From Candidatus Falkowbacteria bacterium (lineage in GTDB: Bacteria; Patescibacteriota; Patescibacteriia; UBA11705; JACRDX01): a stretch of 39,157 nt of DNA. The stretch spans positions 1 through 39,157 of the forward strand of contig JAZDOE010000016.1 of assembly GCA_043798985.1 (NCBI GenBank), in the 5' to 3' direction. Within the stretch, counting starts at the first letter, position 1. Every line of letters starts with the position of its first letter. The notes beneath the pieces were generated by a model. It did not search any database. It worked only from the letters and a program-made list of their open reading frames with translations, and was not told the DNA's origin. Position numbers and translations under genes: made by a program. Positions 35,730 to 39,157 of the stretch are shown piece by piece.

Positions 35730-35761
35730 TCCCTTTGGTAAATTACCGAAGGGAGTTTTTT
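35730..35761 (+). terminator. hairpin with T tail (terminator, or DGR-type downstream stem-loop)
   Basis: tccctttggtaa-a-ttaccgaaggga gtttttt. Confidence 0.65.
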
Positions 35762-35794
35762 ATCTAGCGGCAAAGTATGATAAAATGAGTTTGT

Positions 35795-36220
35795 ATGGTA
35801 AACAATAAGAGTTCGCGCGTCCCGCTTGCCGAAGTTTCTGAGAGTTTTTCCCGATCAAGCGGAAAGGGCGGGCAAAACGTTAATAAGCTGGAAACAAAAG
35901 TTGAATTGCGCTGGAATATCGGAGCGTCATTGGCGTTTGACGAGGCGCAAAAACAAATGATTCGCTTAGCTTTGCAAAATCGGATAAATAGCGCGGATGA
36001 GGTTGTTATTTTTTGCCAAGAAGAAAGAACGCAGGGACGAAATCGGGAATTGGCGTTTGAAAAATTGAATCAACTTGTTGCGCGGGCGATTGTGCCGATA
36101 AAAAAAAGACGGCCAACAAAACCGACGCATGCGTCAAAAGAAAAAAGATTGGCATTGAAAAAAGCGATGACAATAAAAAAGAAAGATAGAAAAAAGATTG
36201 TGAAAGTGGAATCCATTTAG
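35795..36220 (+). CDS. arfB: alternative ribosome rescue peptidyl-tRNA hydrolase
   Basis: RSSGKGGQNVNK..TKVELR, RTQGRN, basic tail RRPTKPT...RL..KK. Confidence 0.93.
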   Translation: MVNNKSSRVPLAEVSESFSRSSGKGGQNVNKLETKVELRWNIGASLAFDEAQKQMIRLALQNRINSADEVVIFCQEERTQGRNRELAFEKLNQLVARAIVPIKKRRPTKPTHASKEKRLALKKAMTIKKKDRKKIVKVESI

Positions 36221-36223
36221 AAT

Positions 36224-36304
36224 GGAGAGGTGCCAGAGTGGTTGAATGGGCCGCTCTCGCCCCGTCATTCGACGGGGCGCCCTGTCGAATGACAGGGCGA
36301 AAAG
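36224..36304 (+). pseudogene. 5'-half duplicate of tRNA-Ser(CGA) with a 40-bp double hairpin in the anticodon
   Basis: 36222-36259 matches 36588-36625 at 37/38; insert 36260-36299; then aaaag versus aaatg in the intact gene. Confidence 0.88.
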
Positions 36305-36308
36305 TTGT

Positions 36309-36578
36309 ATGTTTTACCTTTATATACTTTTGTTAGCTAATAAACAGTTGTATACTGGTTTTTCTTCTGACTTAAAGGTGCGGTTTAGACAGCACGAAAA
36401 TGGTAGCGTTGAGTCAACGAGACATAAACGGCCGGTTAAGTTGATTCATTATGAAGCATATTTGAAGGAATCTGACGCTCGGCGCCGGGAGAAATTTTTA
36501 AAGACAACAGAGGGGAAGCGATTATTAAAAATGCAGATTCGGGATTTGCTTTTAGGACATGGATTCATCATGAAATAA
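36309..36578 (+). CDS. GIY-YIG nuclease family protein
   Basis: MFYLYIL...LYTGFSSDL..R..QH..G.V.ST...RP...HYEAY...DARRREKFLK; start set at ATG 36309. Confidence 0.92.
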   Translation: MFYLYILLLANKQLYTGFSSDLKVRFRQHENGSVESTRHKRPVKLIHYEAYLKESDARRREKFLKTTEGKRLLKMQIRDLLLGHGFIMK

Positions 36579-38040
36579 ATAATGTACATGGAGAGGTGCC
36601 AGAGTGGCTGAATGGGCCGCTCTCGAAATGCGGTAGGTTGGAAACAGCCTCGAGGGTTCGACTCCCTCCCTCTCCGCCAGTTGGGAAATGAAGTCATTGG
36701 CTCGCCCGCTATGCGGGCTCGCCAGCCGTTTTTCGGGGAAATTTCAAGCCGTTTTGAATTCAACATAAAGTTCGAGCCGACATTTTTGAGAAATGCACGG
36801 ATTTGCGTTTTGTCGCCCTGCGACAAAAGAATTTTGGCTTGGCTACTCAATAAAATCACTTCTCGCATCAGTTCGAGCCAATTATTTCCCTTTTGTTCAA
36901 AATCTCTGATTTCTTGGTCTATATCGGCTTTCTCGCCCAATAGTTTTGCTTTCTTGGTCTGATACTCGTCCGGCGATATTCCTTTGCCCTCGATGTAAAT
37001 ATCAAGAAGCCGATCTATTTTCTGCTCAACCTCCACTTTTCGTTCTTTCAGATTTTGAACAAAAGAAACACCCTCGTTTTGGATACTCGTTTTCTCTCGG
37101 TCTAACTCGGCAAGCATATTGTCTCTCCAGTCGTCGGGAATAGAAACTTTTTGAATGACGGCTTTCATCTGTTCAACAAGTGCTTCCTCGCGCAGATATT
37201 TTTCGTTACAGGTTTGCTTTTTCTTGGTGCAACGATAATACACATGACCTTTTTGGGTTTCGGCGGTAATGAGGCAACCGCACTTTCCGCATTTCATAAA
37301 ACCAGAAAAAGCAAACTCGTGCTTTCGCTTTCTCTTTTTCTTGCCTCGATTGCTCATTACTTGTTGAACGGAATCAAAAAGTTTCTTGGAAATAATTGGC
37401 TCGTGGCTTCCTTCGTATAGCTCGCCGTTGAAACGGAAAGTTCCATAATAAAAAGGATTTTTCAACATTCGCTGGACACAGGAAGTTGAGAGAACATTGC
37501 CTTTGTAGCTGTCGAGTCCGGTATCCGCCAAAAACTGCTTGATATTTTTGAGGGTGTTGTCGCCGGTGCCATAAAGTTCAAAACATTTTCGCACTAACAC
37601 AGATTTATCATTATCGAGGTCTATGCTCTTTGTTTTTGAGTTGTTGAGATAACCGAGTGGCGCAAACCCCGGCCATATTCCCTTTCGCAGTTTTTGGCGG
37701 TGGCCCCGCTTGATGTTCTCGCTCAAATTGTCCACATAGTATTTACTCTGTCCAAAGGCAATGTTCAGCATAAATTTCCCCTGTGGCGTTGAATCAAACC
37801 AAAATGTGGGAAATTTAAGGTCTTGGATTTTTCCCGTGTCCAGCAGATAGATAATCTTTCCGCCGTCTATGGAATTGCGAGCTAATCGATCGGGGTGCCA
37901 AGCCAAAATTCCACCGGCTTCTCCGGCGCAAATCCGATCCAGCATTTCTGCGAAAACTTTTCGCCCAGGTTCTTTGGCAGTTTGCGCCTCGCTGAGCGAG
38001 GCGACGATTTCAAGTTTTTCTTTGGCGGCAAATTCTTTTT
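36449..38040 (-). pseudogene. large serine recombinase, apparently lacking its N-terminal catalytic segment; frame reads antisense through tRNA-Ser
   Basis: AKEPGRKVF, WHPDRLARN, APLGY, NPFYYG, HEPIIS, CGKCG...YYRC; upstream of 37945 the frame hits TAA near 38055 without a Y.R.S motif. Confidence 0.8.
36590..36679 (+). tRNA. tRNA-Ser(CGA)
   Basis: GGAGAGG/CCTCTCC acceptor, G discriminator, CCA, long variable arm, CT-CGA-AA loop (U31:U39 mismatch). Confidence 0.93.
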
Positions 38041-38043
38041 TAA

Positions 38044-38868
38044 CTATTTCTTTTTAACTATCACCATGAAATGCAAACTAAACTCGGCGACCATAGGATT
38101 AGTGCATAATTCGTAATGCATATCCTGCCAATTTTTCCACGCCTCTGGCTCTTTTTTTGCCATTTTATTTATCTGCTCTTGAGAGGGAGTTGCAAGACCT
38201 TCCAAACCAACATTTTCTAAAAAATCTGCCTTGTTGTCGAATAAAGATTTGAGTTCATTCAATTCAAAAAAGTGAGCGTAAGCTTTTCCTCCGTGCCACT
38301 GATAATCATCTCCTTTCAAATAAAATCTCCTAAAATGTTCAGTATCTTTCACTTCATGAACCCACCTATGAAATCTTGTTATTGTTCCAAGTTTTCCCAT
38401 AACCGATACAAAAATTGGAGCGTTCTTTTTAGCAACACGGACTAATTCGGAAATTGCTTTTTGTCTTTCTTGTTCAGGGTGCACATGAGAAAGCGCGCCA
38501 CCGAGACAGAGAATTGCGTCAAAAGAATTATCCGCAAATCTTGATAAATCGGTTATAGTTCCTTCTACCACTTCCTTAATTTTTTCATTTACTTTAGATT
38601 TTTTGATTTGCTTTTTAGCAAAATCAAGATTTGCGGAAACCAAATCAAGTAAAATTACATCGTGCCCAAGCTTGGCTAACTCAATAGAGTATCTACCGGG
38701 GCCGCCGCCGGCGTCTAAAATAAAACCATTCTTTGGTAAATATTTTTTCAAAAATCGTAAGGTAGTTTCAAATTCTAAACGATGGAATGGGTCTTTAGTC
38801 AACCGCCTCCACTCTCTTTTTACGCCTTCGGTATAAATCTTTTTTGTAAGTTTTGTTTCTTTATTCAT
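38044..38868 (-). CDS. class I SAM-dependent methyltransferase
   Basis: ILDAGGGPGRYS, LLDL, DNSFDAILCLG. Confidence 0.9.
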   Translation of the reverse strand: MNKETKLTKKIYTEGVKREWRRLTKDPFHRLEFETTLRFLKKYLPKNGFILDAGGGPGRYSIELAKLGHDVILLDLVSANLDFAKKQIKKSKVNEKIKEVVEGTITDLSRFADNSFDAILCLGGALSHVHPEQERQKAISELVRVAKKNAPIFVSVMGKLGTITRFHRWVHEVKDTEHFRRFYLKGDDYQWHGGKAYAHFFELNELKSLFDNKADFLENVGLEGLATPSQEQINKMAKKEPEAWKNWQDMHYELCTNPMVAEFSLHFMVIVKKK

Positions 38869-38873
38869 AAAAA

Positions 38874-39086
38874 CTATTTCATTAAATCATCGATTGAAAC
38901 GCCTAATCCCTTTGCAATTTTTGCCATAGTTTCAATTGTTGGATTCGGCGTCGCGCCGGATTCAATTTTAATAATTACATTGTAAGCAATATCAGCAAGC
39001 TTTGAAAGTTTGTCCTGCGAAATATCCAGCTTCTCTCTGTACTTTTTGATGTTCCTTGCAATTGTTGGTAATTCTTTTGACTTCAT
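38874..39086 (-). CDS. XRE family helix-turn-helix regulator
   Basis: NIKKYRE...ISQDKLSKLA...KIESG..NPTIET..KIAKGLGVSIDDL. Confidence 0.92.
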   Translation of the reverse strand: MKSKELPTIARNIKKYREKLDISQDKLSKLADIAYNVIIKIESGATPNPTIETMAKIAKGLGVSIDDLMK

Positions 39087-39157
39087 AGTATAATTATACT
39101 AGTATAGATAGTGAATTAGTTTTACTACTATAACTTTACCAAATAAAATGAATTTAA

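Larger units (their letters stand above)
36680..39157. mobile_element. left part of an integrative element at the tRNA-Ser 3' end (other end not in window)
   Basis: serine recombinase abutting the tRNA 3' end, cargo methyltransferase, XRE regulator. Confidence 0.6.

Noticed and set aside
31585-36679. Group I intron or archaeal-type tRNA intron explanation for the GIY-YIG/tRNA loci
   Set aside because: Each unit is almost entirely ORF plus a 40-bp hairpin, leaving no room for a ribozyme core, and an uninterrupted tRNA is present at both loci.
37985-38003. Perfect palindrome cgcctcgct-g-agcgaggcg in the recombinase remnant
   Set aside because: No exact second copy in the window and it stays in frame; it cannot be distinguished from chance without a genome-wide count.
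1-39157. CRISPR array or cas genes
   Set aside because: No series of equal-length repeats with unique spacers; the repeats are two-copy, palindromic or 7-nt periodic.

Overview
Bacterial chromosomal window containing the replication origin (yidD-rnpA-rpmH divergent from dnaA-oriC-dnaN). The gene set and style suggest a Patescibacteria/CPR (Parcubacteria-like) genome; this is an inference. Housekeeping genes include rpsO, pnp, ruvB, rnc, nusB, lspA, arfB, a comM-like gene and seven intact tRNAs. They are interspersed with a fused small+large subunit [NiFe]-hydrogenase with hypC, iorAB, a hicBA pair, a catalytically degenerate Xer-like recombinase, stand-alone cassette-like genes and the left end of an element integrated at tRNA-Ser. 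The strongest unexplained signal is a pair of ~365-bp units at tRNA-Arg(UCG) and tRNA-Ser(CGA). Each has an intact tRNA, a small GIY-YIG nuclease gene and a duplicated half-tRNA whose anticodon loop carries the same 40-bp double hairpin (39/40 identical). A third tRNA (Arg-UCU) has a 5'-half duplicate interrupted by two other hairpin doublets, and a third GIY-YIG gene sits between REP-like inverted repeats. Also notable are an unassigned ~300-nt structured RNA candidate behind a DnaA-box cluster, a possible orphan DGR target gene, and 7-nt-period inverted repeat arrays. All calls were made by eye from the sequence and ORF track; no searches or folding programs were run.
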